NCBI GenBank assembly: GCA_964270895.1
Contig: OZ185441.1
DNA length: 64,000 bases
Direction: 5' to 3' (one strand)
Origin: Podarcis filfolensis
Lineage: Eukaryota
Below the pieces are notes generated by a model. That model did not search any database and was not told where the DNA came from. It saw nothing but the letters and a program-made list of their open reading frames with translations. The position numbers and the translations under genes are program-made. Below are positions 13,868 to 25,779 of the stretch, in pieces; positions within the stretch are counted from its first letter, which is position 1, and each line of letters starts with the position of its first letter.

Positions 13868-14238
13868 TGGAGCTCTTTACCAAGGCACATGCTTTGCATG
13901 CATCGAGTCAATCCCTGCCATTTCCAGGTGGTGATGGAAGAGTCACTACCATGCATAGTACAGTGGTACCTCGGGTTACATATGCTTCAGGTTACAGACT
14001 CCGCTAACCCAGAAATAGTACCTCGGGTTAAGAACTTTGCTTCAGAATGAGAACAGAAATTGTGCGGCAGCGGCACGACGGCAGCAGGAGGCCCCATTAG
14101 CTAAAGTGGTGCTTCAGGTTAAGAACAGTTTCAGATTAAGAACGGACCTCAGGAACGAATTAAGTACGTAACCAGAGGTACTACTGTACAAGGGCTATGT
14201 GGACAAATAAACTGGACCTCATATAAGGCAGCTTCCTA
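13868..14238 (+). mobile_element. Old tRNA-derived SINE split by the 13961 MITE
   Basis: Head gcacatgctttgcatgc...caatccctgccatttccagg. Tail ggacc...tataaggcagcttccta resumes after the MITE. Relatives at ~17065-17235 (+) and ~55200-55362 (-). Confidence 0.65.
13961..14186. mobile_element. Tc1/mariner-type MITE (~225-bp family), nested in a tRNA-derived SINE
   Basis: ta|cagtggtacctcggg ... gaggtactactg|ta. Confidence 0.9.
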
Positions 14239-14810
14239 AAAGCCATGGTTGTCCTCAGTTTTATACTTTTTGGGGGCTGCAAAAACCAATCACAGCTCTG
14301 TAATCAGTATGCCATATAACACATTTCACAAACAAATCTTTGCTATATTCACATATTAATATTCTATAAGCGTATGTAGAGGATTTTACATGTAAAAAAG
14401 TAACATGATCGGGGCCCAAATCCCACATCTGGGTGCTTTTATAATTGTTACTGAACTGAATTTCTGCATTCTTTAATAAATTTTATTGCGTTTTGTTGTA
14501 TTATATATATCGTAAATAGCTTTGGGACTTTTAATATATAAAATTACATACAGGTCTGGAAAATCAACCTAACACTCACTATATTGACTTGAAGAAATTC
14601 CTTTGTCACAGATTCAATACCTCATCTCTTCAAAAAGAAGAAAATATACTTATCTCTTACTACAAAAGCACCACCCATAGGGACTATACAGCACTGTACC
14701 TATTTTAACAATCTAAATTATTTTACCAGTGGAAGTGGTGGTTCTGAAACCTTGCACCTCTTGGGAAGCAGCAGATTCAAATTCACAGAAAAAAAATTCC
14801 AGCTGAGTTA

Positions 14811-15044
14811 CAGTGGTACCTTGGTTCCCAAATGGCTTAGTTGATGAACAAATTAGCTCCCAAATGCCGCAAACCCAGAAGTAAGTCTTCTGGTTTACGA
14901 ACATTTTTTGGAAGCCGAAAATCCGTTTTGGCTGTTACCATTGTTTCCGGGGCTAATCAGCCAATGAGAAGCCGTGCCTTGGTTTTTTAATGTTTTGGAA
15001 GTTGAACGTAACTCTAGAACGAATTGAGTTCGAGAACCAAGGTA
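14811..15044. mobile_element. Tc1/mariner-type MITE (third subtype), right TIR cut by a SINE
   Basis: ta|cagtggtaccttggttc ... gagaaccaaggta, then SINE tail in place of ccactg. Confidence 0.8.
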
Positions 15045-15411
15045 AAAAGGTAAAGGTAAAGGACCCTTGACAGTTAAGTCCAGTCACGAACAACTCTGGG
15101 GTTGCGGCGCACATCTTGCTTTACTGGCCAAGGGAGCCGACGTTTGTCCGCAGACAGTTTTTCTGGGTCCTGTGGCCAGCATGACTAAGCCGCTTCTGGT
15201 GAAACCAGAGTAGCGCATGGAAACGCCCTTTACCTTCTCGCCAGAGCAGTACCTATTTATCTACTTGCACTTTGACGTGCTTTCGAACTGCTAGGTTGGC
15301 AGGAGCTGGGACAGAGCAATGGGAGCTCACCCTGTTGCAGGGATTCAAACCGTCGACCTTCCGATCGGCAAGCCCTGGGCTCTATGTTTAGACCACAGCG
15401 CCACCTGCATC
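15045..15411 (-). mobile_element. Sauria SINE, second copy, abutting a Tc1/mariner MITE
   Basis: Co-linear with the 6831-7165 copy. No TSD found. Confidence 0.9.
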
Positions 15412-16557
15412 TATTTTATGAAGTTGCAATATATTTGATGCAGTTCATACAGAACTGGGTCCAATGTAGCATTGATTTCCCCATTTTTCTGTCAGGCTTA
15501 CGGAATGACTTGCCAGATGACTAGTGCCCAAGGAATCATTCTAGACCTCTTCTTACAACCCAACTTCATTCCTCTTACTTGCTTGGGGGAATCATTTTGT
15601 ATATTTGATCCTTTGAATCTGCTTTGGCCAAACTGTGTTTTATACAGCACATGAAAGTATGCAAACCGGGAGAAGTTTTTAACATAGCCTACATGCCAAA
15701 GTTAGTCTAAAATAAACTGTATTTAGTTTCTAAATGAAGCTGGGGAATTTCCATTAATTGCTGTGTTGTCTCTATGCTCACTACAAGGATCTGTTGCAGA
15801 CATTTGTTGGCCCATGTTCATTTTAAATTAAAAGTGGCATCTGACCCAAGAAATGGAGTTAAGAAAACTAGTCTACAGCAGAACAAATTGCTTATGAATA
15901 CGTGAATATTTATAACCACATGTAAAAACAAACAGCTTCCTTAATTTAAAAACATAGGAAGAGAAGAGAATATATATGGAAATCATAGGCAGTTCTCATG
16001 TTTACAAAAGCCAGGAATGAATATTTTCTTCCTAAATGTAAAAAAAAAACCAAAACTTGAATCGAAGTTTATACAAGCTTATGGATGAAAAAAGGCATGA
16101 ACTACAAAAAAACCTCTTGATGATTAATAATTTAAGCATTGCAATTGTAAAATAACACAACACATTGAAAGGTAAAGACAATTTAAAGAGGTGCAATCTC
16201 AAAAAAGCATATTATGTTTTGCCATTGTTAGAAATGCTCAAATTCTACCCCAAATAAAATAAAAATACTTCATACTGCATATAATTCTAACCACATCTAC
16301 CATTCCTATGTAAGCCAGTAACAAATCTTGGTGCATGGTTTCTTTACAGAGAGGCAAACCACAAGCCCAGGTTCAGACATAAAGCTAAGCCTAGCCATGG
16401 CTTAGCACAGGAGTGGAAGAGAAGCAGCTGTGATTTCTCCCCATGCACCAACATGCTGTTCATTTACTTTTAATCATAGCAAGCTTAACTGCCAAGAGGC
16501 TAGTAATATTCCAGGAAAGGGCTTTTCTTCTTCCGTGGCTAGCACAGAAACCAAGTA

Positions 16558-16788
16558 CAATGGTACCTCAGGTTAAGAGCTTCATTCGTTCCGGAGGTCC
16601 ATTCTTAACCTGAAACTGTTCTTAACCTGAGGTACCACTTTAGCTGATGGGGCCTCCCAGTGCAGCCGCGCCACGCCGCTGCCGCGTGATTTCTGTTCTC
16701 ATCCTGAAGCAAAGTTCTTAACCTGAGGTACTATTTCTGGGTTAGCGGTGTCTGTAACCTGAAGCGTCTGTAACCCAAGGTACCACTG
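16558..16788. mobile_element. Tc1/mariner-type MITE (~225-bp family, opposite orientation to 13961 copy)
   Basis: ta|caatggtacctc ... aaggtaccactg|ta. Internal sequence is the reverse complement of the 13961 copy. Confidence 0.9.
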
Positions 16789-18163
16789 TATGAAAAGGGA
16801 AGGGGAAACAAAGTGTTCCATCTCTCCTCTGTCAGTCTGCTCCACGCCTGCATAAAACTTCTAGTCACCAATGGCTACCAAGCAAGTTGTTGCTAAATAA
16901 AAGGCTGCCTTCTCACAATAACAGCATCAATGCTGGCAGCCCTAACACACCTTACTATGATTGCAAAGTGGGTTTGCTAGCCATGTGTGGATCACAGCAC
17001 CAGCCATCACTGAACCTCTTTCCGCTGCAAGTTACTTTAAGCTTGCAGCTGTTACTTTAATGTTGGGGAAAGAACATAGCTCAATAGTAGAACACATACT
17101 TTGCATGCAGAAGGTTCTAGCGCCAATCCCTAGCATTAAAGAGATCAGGAAGCAGGTGATGGGAAATACTATCTGTGGACAGCAACCAGCCATCCAAGTA
17201 GCCAATATTGGACTAAAAAAACAGCTAGGAAATTGTCTGAATACAGTTTAAAATTAGCATCTCCCCAACCCAAAAATACGGCAGACGTTTATTATCTATC
17301 AATTACAGGAAAAAATACATAATCTGTTTTCAGTCCTGGTCAACTTGAAGATTCAATACATCCTAAGAAAGTGCACATAACAGGGCATACAGAACACCTA
17401 CAGTCTGCTTCCTATGTAGATGCTGGAAAGGGAAGCTTGAGATCACTATCTACCCAACCCAACAGATCACCACAGATACAATGAGGTAAAATATACAGTA
17501 ATATACCAATAAACATAGCTTTTAGGGTATGTATGTTTTTACCTCCTATAATCTTTCAAATATAAAATAAGTTGTGTGTATTACAAGATTCCCAAAATCG
17601 TGTTTTTTTTAAATAGATGCTGTCTCTTCAGGGATTTCATTTCTCACAATTTAGCACTCTCTCCTAAATCCATAACTTGAGTAAATGAAATCCAATAGCC
17701 TAAACTGAAGCATGTTCTTGACAATGAGCCAGAACCTACTGTCGTTGTCTGTTTCAAACATACACTTCCAGAAAGATTTGTAATAATGCAGACAGGCCGT
17801 AATTCCCCAAACTTCTATTCCCACACCCCTTCACTAAGATACAGGTCAGATGTTTCAGCAGGCCTCTTCCAAGGGGACCAAAGGAAGGACATTCAGAAAA
17901 ATGCAACATTCTCTATGCCCCATGGGAAGAACCGGCAGGGAGGTCTAAAGTGGGTGGCGTACATGCAAGTATGAGAGAGAAATTAATTTCTGCCCTACTC
18001 CTACATGGACTACAGATGGGACCACGTGTGGGGTCTTTATCCCTCTGTTGGGACTATGAAGACTATATACACCGAGGGGGCATGTCATCAGACTGACCCA
18101 AAGCAAACCAGTCATGTCTTAATGTCCTCTAACAAAACTGTCAAACCCACAAGCATCATAGTA

Positions 18164-18384
18164 CAGTGGTACCTCGGGTTACATACGCTTCAGGTTACAG
18201 ACTCCGCTAACCCAGAAATATTACCTCAGGTTAAGAACTTTGCTTTCAGGATGAGAACAGAAATTGTGCTCCGGCGGCGCGACAGCAGCAGGAGGCCCCA
18301 TTAGCTAAAGTGGTGCTTCAGGTTAAGAACAGTTTCAGGTTAAGAATGGACCTCCAGAACGGACCTTATAGTGAGGTACCACTG
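18164..18384. mobile_element. Tc1/mariner-type MITE (~225-bp family)
   Basis: ta|cagtggtacctcggg ... gaggtaccactg|ta. Confidence 0.9.
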
Positions 18385-18759
18385 TAAAAGAACGGCAAAG
18401 GGGGGAGATGCCACAATTCCTGCTATGAAAGGCAAGCAGTACATATCCCACGTTACTAGTGCCTACCTGGAAATATTAGCCCAAACCTGTGCCACTCTGA
18501 GGCACAGAGATCTGGGGAAGGCATGATCCAGGCCATCATGTCTGTGTGTGTGTGTGTGTGTGTTTAACAGACATGATGGGGCATCCCCTGCTTTCCCACA
18601 TGGGGCATCGGCTTTGGGGGAGGGGGAAATGTACACGTGTATTTACACGCATTCACACAGCAAAACTGTGACAATGATGGGGCGTCCATCGACGCTTAGC
18701 TAATGCTATAATAGATGTCTTTAAGAGGTGGGAAGTGTACATTTGAAACACACACACAC

Positions 18760-19520
18760 ACACTCAGGATCCCTCCTCAGAGGGAGGCCTGGCAGCAGGG
18801 GGATGCGGGGAGGAAATGGTGGCCAGAGGGGACGAATCCACCGGGAAGCCTCCCCGGGAACCCGGAGCCGGAGCGTCAAGGGAGGCGCCCGGGAGCTGCG
18901 CGGTGCGGCCTAGCCTGGCCTCCTCCTCCTCCTCCTCCTCCCTTGCGCCCAAAATAAACCTCGCCCCCGCCCGCTCCCGCGGCCTCTCGGGAACCGGGGA
19001 GGCCCTCGGCCGTTACCTTTTGGGCGCTGCCTGCTCCATGGCTGCGGCCGGCGGCTCCTGGGATTATTCCCGCCCCCCTTCCCCACAGGCCACCAAAGGC
19101 AAGGCGCCGTTTAAATACCCCTCTGACAGGACCTAACAGAAACTCTCCGCACAACTTTCCTTCCGCAGCTGGCCCTTTAAAAGCGACCCTCCCCTCGCGC
19201 CGCGTCCGCTGCCTGACTTCAGCGCTTACGCACAGGACGGGGCCTTTGCTGCTTGGGACGGAACGCGCCGCCCACCCAGCCTCTCTATTGGCTGAGGGAT
19301 AGGAGATGCGAAGCGGCCATTGGCCTCCCCGAAAATCAATCGGGAAACCCAGAAGGAGGAAGAGAAAGTTACACTTTACGTCGGCTGGAAGCGAAGCGGG
19401 AGCGTTTGCTATAGTGGCACGCAAGAGGAGGGGGGATGGCGAGCAGAGTGCGTCATGACGGAGGCACGCAAGAGGGGAAGGTCCCCTTTGCGTCGCTAGG
19501 GTCCCTGCGTGAAACGGTGC
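18760..19520 (-). promoter_or_regulatory. STK3 CpG-island promoter / 5' UTR with two CCAAT boxes
   Basis: GC- and CpG-rich block around exon 1. Minus-strand AGCCAATAG (ATTGG at 19287-19291) and GGCCAATGG (ATTGG at 19319-19323). TSS not determinable from sequence. Confidence 0.8.
19017..19039 (-). CDS. STK3: STK3 (MST2) coding exon 1, MEQAAPK(S), 23 nt
   Basis: Minus strand reads gcagcc ATG GAG CAG GCA GCG CCC AAA AG|gtaacg inside a CpG island. Phase-2 junction joins exon 2 in frame. Confidence 0.93.
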
Positions 19521-19554
19521 ATGTTGGATTATGTAGTATTGTGGGCCACATGTG

Positions 19555-20180
19555 TTCCACTGCCTCCCGCAGTTTAGTCAAACTCATGCTGGTAGCTTTG
19601 AGAACACTATCCAACCATCTCGTCCTCTGTCGTCCCCTTCTCCTTGTGCCCTCCATCTTTCCCAACATCAGGGTCTTTTCCAGGGCGTCTTCTCTTCTCA
19701 TGAGGTGGCCAAAGTATTGGAGCCTCAGCTTCAGGATCTGTCCTTCCAGTGAGCACTCAGGGCTGATTTCCTTCAGAATGGATCGGTTTGATCTTCTTGC
19801 AGTCCATGGGACTCTCAAGAGTCTCCTCCAGCACCATAATTCAAAAGCATCAATTTTTGGCGATCAGCCTTCTTTATGGTCCAGCTCTCACTTCCATACA
19901 TCACTACTGGGAAAACCATAGCTTTAATTATATGGACGTTTCATACATCACTACTGGGAAAACCATGGCTTTAACTATACGGACCTTTGTTGGCAAGGTG
20001 ATGTCTCTGCTTTTTAAGATGCTGTCTAGGTTTGCCATCTCCTTTCTCCCAAGGAGCAGTCTTTTAATTTCGTGGCTGCTGTCACCATCTGCAGTGATCA
20101 TGGAGCCCAAGAAAGTAAAACCTCTCACTGCCTCCATTTCTTCCCCTTCTATTTGCCAGGAGGTGATGGGACCAGTGGCC
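19555..20180 (-). mobile_element. RTE/Bov-B LINE fragment (ORF C-terminal region), truncated at both ends, with a 47-bp internal tandem duplication
   Basis: Translations RVPWTARRSNRSILKEISPECSLEGQILKLRLQYFGHLMRREDALEKTLMLGKMEGTRRRGRQRTRWLD and FTFLGSMITADGDSSHEIKRLLLGRK are typical Bov-B RT C-terminus. Duplication at 19895-19941 / 19942-19988. Confidence 0.92.
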
Positions 20181-20330
20181 GTGATACATTGGTGGGTTAA
20201 TCCTTAGTTATGGCTGCCATCGGACACTTGCTGGAAAGTTAAGCTTCACTGAATGTAGTGGCCCTTCTGCGAGTAAATAAGACTTAGGATAGTGCCAGAA
20301 AGACTCTCTTTCACAAAGGTGCTAGACCAG

Positions 20331-20466
20331 CAGGCATGGCCAAACTTGGCCCTCCAGAAGTTTTGGGAGTACAACTCCCATCATCCCTAGCTAACAGGAC
20401 CAGTGGTCAGGGATGATGGGGATTGTAGTCCCAAAACATCTGGCGGGCCATGTTTGGCCATGCCTG
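20331..20466. mobile_element. hAT MITE, same family as 11180-11315
   Basis: caggcatggccaaac ... gtttggccatgcctg TIRs. TSD not preserved. Older relatives at ~1-54, ~2065-2159 and ~61020-61154. Confidence 0.8.
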
Positions 20467-21691
20467 TAAGAGCAAAGGGGTCTTCCACTTTTTCTCCGGG
20501 GGGAATTTGGCACAGAACTTTTCCTGGCATCTTGTGTAAACAGTGCAATGCTACACTTCTACTCCAATGTAAGCCCCGCTGAGTTCAGTGCATGTACAGC
20601 TGCTGCCTAAGTGATGAAATGAGCTTCTGCTTGCCAACAGGGATCTTACTCTGAAGTTGTGTCCTACCTTTAAACAAAAGAATCCCTAAGCATCTTAACG
20701 ATTCGTACAGTACAACATATGATCAGTTTTTTGCAGTTTCTTCTTCATTTTTTAATGCCTGTGCCAATTTAATCCTGTTTCAGGGCTCCATGGTTGCAAC
20801 CTGGAAGACCTTGCTTTTCCAAGAAGAATAATGGGAGCAAGAGTGGCTTCCTCCCCACCTCATTCCTCACCCCAATGCACCTGTATAGCAAAATTATATT
20901 CAGCTTGATGTTCAGGAGATGAGATGGGAGGATGAGCAAAGAAAACTGGTCAAGAAGTTACTGCCACATCCTCTTGCAGGGTTGCAGGGCTATTTGACAA
21001 AAGCATTCTTCCTATCTTCACAGATATTGCAGTGACTCCAAGTATCACACTGGAAAACTTAATTATTTTTGGGGGGGGGGTTAATCTCTCCAGGAGATTG
21101 GAGTGTGTATGGAAACCTCTGTTACAGGAGTCATCTGAAATACTCTGAAGCAAAACTTTGAGAATATACAAGTGCTGACATCAATTTTAAATATCACGTG
21201 AAAAGCTGTGATCCTGAACACTTGACATGAATGGATGGGCTAGAGAGGGTTGTCAAAACTAGCCTACTGAGCCTGAAGGATAAATTTTACATTCATTGTT
21301 TTGCCTCTGGCATCATGTGCTACTGACACATAGCCCTCAGAAGGGAATGCAGTGTTGGGAATCTGAGGTGAGATACCCATGTAGCAAAAGTTGCCCCAAG
21401 TTCCAATCCCCACACAAAGGCAGCTTGAGGTCCAAAAAAGTTTACTGCTATAGAAGATAACAGTTCCAGACACGCAGAGAGAGAGAGAGAGCTTGTAGGC
21501 TTTTGACTTTGGCAGATGCAAGCAGAAAGTATTTCTGTTGCTCCGGCTTCAAGACGTAACCCAGACTCCGACTCACAGACTCCCAGGGGGAGGGGGCTCA
21601 CTGGCTGACCCCAACACACAGCGCAAGACCACAGATGCTAGTGAAATGACGCACCTTAATCACTTATATAGACAACACTAGGTTGTTACTA

Positions 21692-21916
21692 CAGTGGTAC
21701 CTCTAGTTACGATCTTAATTCGTTCTGCAGGTCCATTCTTAACCTGGAAATGTTCTTAACGAGAGGCGTGCTTTCGCTAATGGGGCCTCCTGCTGCCACT
21801 GCGCCGCTGGCAAACGATTTCTGTTCTCATCCTGGGGCAAAGTTCTCAACTCGAGGTAACTCTTCCAGGTTAGCAGGGTTTGTAACCTGAAGCGTTTGTA
21901 ACTCAAGGTACCACTG
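21692..21916. mobile_element. Tc1/mariner-type MITE (~225-bp family)
   Basis: ta|cagtggtacctc ... aaggtaccactg|ta. Confidence 0.9.
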
Positions 21917-23289
21917 TATAGCAACTGACTTGGCTGATCTTGCACCTGTTGACTTATCTCAGACCATGGGGTGAGTTATGCTCATTAAGGAAATTAACCC
22001 CTTCCTCCATGTCCAGTTCCTCCAACATGCAGCCCTCGGTTTGAAAAGGTTACTCCACCCCTACAAGAAATACTGCCAAGAAGAAAATTAGCAGTTATAA
22101 TATGAGATAGGTAACCATAGGAGGGAAGAGTAATATTGCACTCAGGTCTTGCCTACACTGTTCCCATAGGCCTATGGTTGGCCCCAGTGAGAACATGATG
22201 CTGGAATAGATGGGCTACCTGCCTGATTCATCAGGCTCTTCTTATGTTCTTAACTGCCTTTAAATTATATTTAATGTATATAGATTGTGAATTATACATG
22301 GTTTGATGTCAAGTTAATATTTCAGGTTCTTGTATTTCCAAATAGTCAGTAGAGCTGAAGATAAGCTGTTGGCATTTTATTCAAGGTTTTATCTTGGAGA
22401 TAAGAGAAGCATATTTCTTCCTCTCTTTTGTATTTCTCCTCAGAGGGGGTGAATTCCAACCATCCTGTCAAACACAAAATAACCTTGCATGCTTATCTTA
22501 ACATGTACATCCTTAACCCTGGTTATAAATAATACTGTTGCAATCAGAATCTGAAGGCTCTTCAGGGAAGAGATTGCCCTTCAATATTTCACACAAAAAT
22601 TAGGTTTGATTGAAACAAACTGTTGAAGAACCTTAGGATTATATTGAAACAGATCCATATCATTTGTACTTGGCTGTCCCTTACTTTCACATTGGCCATT
22701 ATGACTGATAGAATGGCTGCTGATTCAGAATTAATCCAGCTCTAAAGCAATAACAGCCACAGACTGCCCATAACACTGATTTGCAATGTACAAGCAGCCT
22801 GCAATCCATGGGGGGAAACAAGTTTTCTTTTAAAATATTTTTAAAATTATACACTTTTTTTAGTCCCATCATGGATATGTTGTGCAGATTTTTGTTCTTA
22901 ATTATCACACATTAATGGTGGTTGGACTATTAAGGTAGGTGTAAAATTTGGGGGAGAGGGAATCCTAATTTAGAATGCAGACCTAACCCCAGTTAGCTGA
23001 GAGCAGAGAAGAGAAGACATAGTCTGAACTATGACTAGCCATTCTATTCCAACTTGTTGTTATAAGAACTCTGTAACTAAGAGCTAGTGTCTGAGCTTGC
23101 TGTTTTATTCCTTCTCCCTCACAATTCCCTTTCCTTCTGAGTTGTCTTTTATATTGTAAGCCTATGAGAAGGGATTGTCTCACCACTGACATTCGTAAGG
23201 TGCTCTGGCAGCCTTGCTTGGCTAAAGACCAGAGTTAAAATGTTTGAAATAAATTAAGAGCTATGGTGGAAAGCTCAGCTAAAATGCTG

Positions 23290-24606
23290 TCCAGAGTGCA
23301 ATACATGTGGAAAAGATTAATTCCATCCTAGGAGTCTTTAGGAAAGGGAACAAATATGTAACTGCTGATATAATGTTTTCATACAAATCTGTAGTGTGGC
23401 CACACTTAACAAATGCTATGTCCAGTTAGATGCCTCTTCTCAAAAAGGTTATTGTAGAGCTAGGAAAAGTGCATTAAAAGTCAGCCAATGTTATCAGGGA
23501 CCAGAGCATCTTCCGCAAGAGGAAAAGCTAAATCATGGGAGGCTTTTTAGTCTATTTAAGAAAATGCAACAAAGTAGAGACATTATAAATTTATGCATAG
23601 TGAAAGTGGAGAAAGAGAGAGGTCTTTCAGACCTTCTCATTATAATAGAACCTGGGTGTTGGGAGTGTCAGGTGTGCAACTCTGCTTGCACTGTTGGGTG
23701 ATACCTGCTTGGGGAGGGTAGAAGAGAGAAACCTTCTGGCTTCTTAGGCTGTCCTTCCCATGCTGATCTCTTGATCTTCCTTCAGTGTTAAACTGACACT
23801 CTTAGGATTGCTGATCTGACCACCTTTCTTCACTTCCTCTTTCTTCTTCATCATGCCTTCCTCATGAGAGGAGACATACTTGAATCTCTCCAGCCTAATG
23901 CGCAAGAGCAAGCACGGCTTTAGGCATCTCCAAGAACTGGTACCTCGGGTTAAGTACTTAATTCGTTCTGGAGGTCTGTTCTTAACCTGAAACTGTTCTT
24001 AACCTGACGCACCACTTTAGCTAATGGGGCCTCCCACTGCCGCCGCGCCACTGGAGCACAATTTCTGTTCTCATCCTGAAGCAAAGTTCTTAACCCAAGA
24101 TACTATTTCTGGGTTAGCAGAGTCTGTAACCTGAAGCGTCTGTAACCTGAAGCTTATGTAACCTGAGGTACCACTGTATTTCCGGTAATAAACATTGCTT
24201 TCTTATTTAACAAACTCAGAGTTCCAGTGTGATTGCATGTAGCGTACGGTGTGTTCCTTCTGCAGGGATTTTGTAGCAAGTTTATGTCTGCTGATAATGT
24301 AAACTCAAAATGCCATCACTGGGATCATCCAGTTAATCTGACTGTGTTTCATGACATGGCACATAATTCGTTTATGGAATGCTATGCCACAAGATGTCAC
24401 ATCCAAGATGTACATCACTACATCATAAAAGGGAAGTAGACAAATTAATGGAGAATCAGGCCATCAGTAACTATTGGTCATGATAGCTGTAGAGTACCTC
24501 CTTGTTCAGAGGCACTGTCTTGTTTGGTAGGTCACTGCAGAAAAGAGGGTGCTGGACTAGATAGACCTTGGGTCTGATGGTATTGCAGGGCTCCCCTTAC
24601 ACTCTT
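23290..24606 (+). mobile_element. Old CR1 LINE 3' portion, interrupted (~23650-24290) by other sequence including a MITE
   Basis: Degenerate ORF2-like segment at 23290-23650 and 3' segment ending gctggactagatagaccttgggtctga...cttacactctta. Short 3' relative at ~22150-22252. Confidence 0.65.
23934..24176. mobile_element. Tc1/mariner-type MITE (~225-bp family), lying between CR1 segments
   Basis: Degenerate left TIR actggtacctcggg and intact right TIR gaggtaccactg|ta. Confidence 0.85.
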
Positions 24607-25779
24607 AGGCTTGTGGACCATCCATACAAGGAATTCAGGAAGAAGAAGCAGGTGGGAAATGGTGTTCAAAAAATTAATATTTGTGTGCAATCTATGTATT
24701 CAGGAAGTGGGGGTGCTGGTTACATGTCTTTATGTAATTCCTGATCAATATGTTGCTGATTGTCTGTCTTCCTTTCATCCCAGTTCTGTGTTCCTTCCGG
24801 TTTTATTCTTCTTTGTATTTCTTTATACCAGCAGTCTGAAATAACTAGCCACAGTTATTTTCAGTTTAAATCAAGACACTGCTGTAATGATTGATCCGCT
24901 CTCCTTTCATACAAAATATTTAAACTTCTTTTTCTTCTTCTTTAAGGGGATGGAGTTACTTTATCTGAGAACTGGAGTTTGACTTCAATGTCAGAAACCT
25001 GCAGCTGCAACAATAAGAGGTAGAAATTTGACCCCCTCCAGGTTGAAGGTGATGTGGATTAGAAAAATAGTGTTAGAGAACCTTGCCCTGTGAAATTGTA
25101 GCCACCGCATAAATCAGCCAATAGCCTTGGCTAGCTTTTCCACAAATAACATGAAGATCTGCAGTCTCCCTGCTACTATCAGTACTGGTCATCTTGTTCA
25201 CTCATACTGAGACACCAGATGTAACTAAGGGGCCCAGAGGGAAAGTAGGAGATGAGTTAAAATTAATAATTGCAGTGGCAACAAACATGTGCTGTTCTGA
25301 TATGAAACGGAAACCTCTGTGATATTTGGGGGCACATTAAAAGCTCCGATAGCGCAGAAAACCTGCTGCCGACTTCAAAACAACCCCACTTTCAAACACT
25401 GCAGATAACAAGAGAGCAGATGAAACTTTGACTGGATTTATGTTTTCTTCTGCTTGTTCATTCCTAGATCACTTTTTCTTTTTTTGCAGCTGCTTTGATC
25501 TACACTTCAGAAGTCCTTGTACATCTAACTGGGGGCGGGGGGAGAGAGTTAGCAATACATATCAGCCCTATTCGCTTCCTAGATGTGGTGTTTCTGTCAC
25601 TGCGTAGTGGATGGCATTTTAATGGATGAAAAGGATGGGGTTTTTCTTACATTTCAGTGTTAAGCCAGTTCAGGCTGTTGTGAGAGGTTTCATTTCCTGC
25701 TTCTGCATACTGAATGAAAGAGCCAGGTAGACCAGAGGGGAAATTATAATCCTCACCACTACTCGGGATAACGCCTTGT

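Noticed and set aside
19436-20207. Several 66-161 aa ORFs upstream of STK3
   Set aside because: Sense and antisense translations of the Bov-B fragment.
12291-24176. Recurrent ~25-bp cagtggtacctc repeats, superficially CRISPR-like
   Set aside because: They are inverted pairs bounding ~225-bp conserved interiors with TA TSDs, kilobases apart. These are MITE TIRs in a eukaryote with no cas genes.
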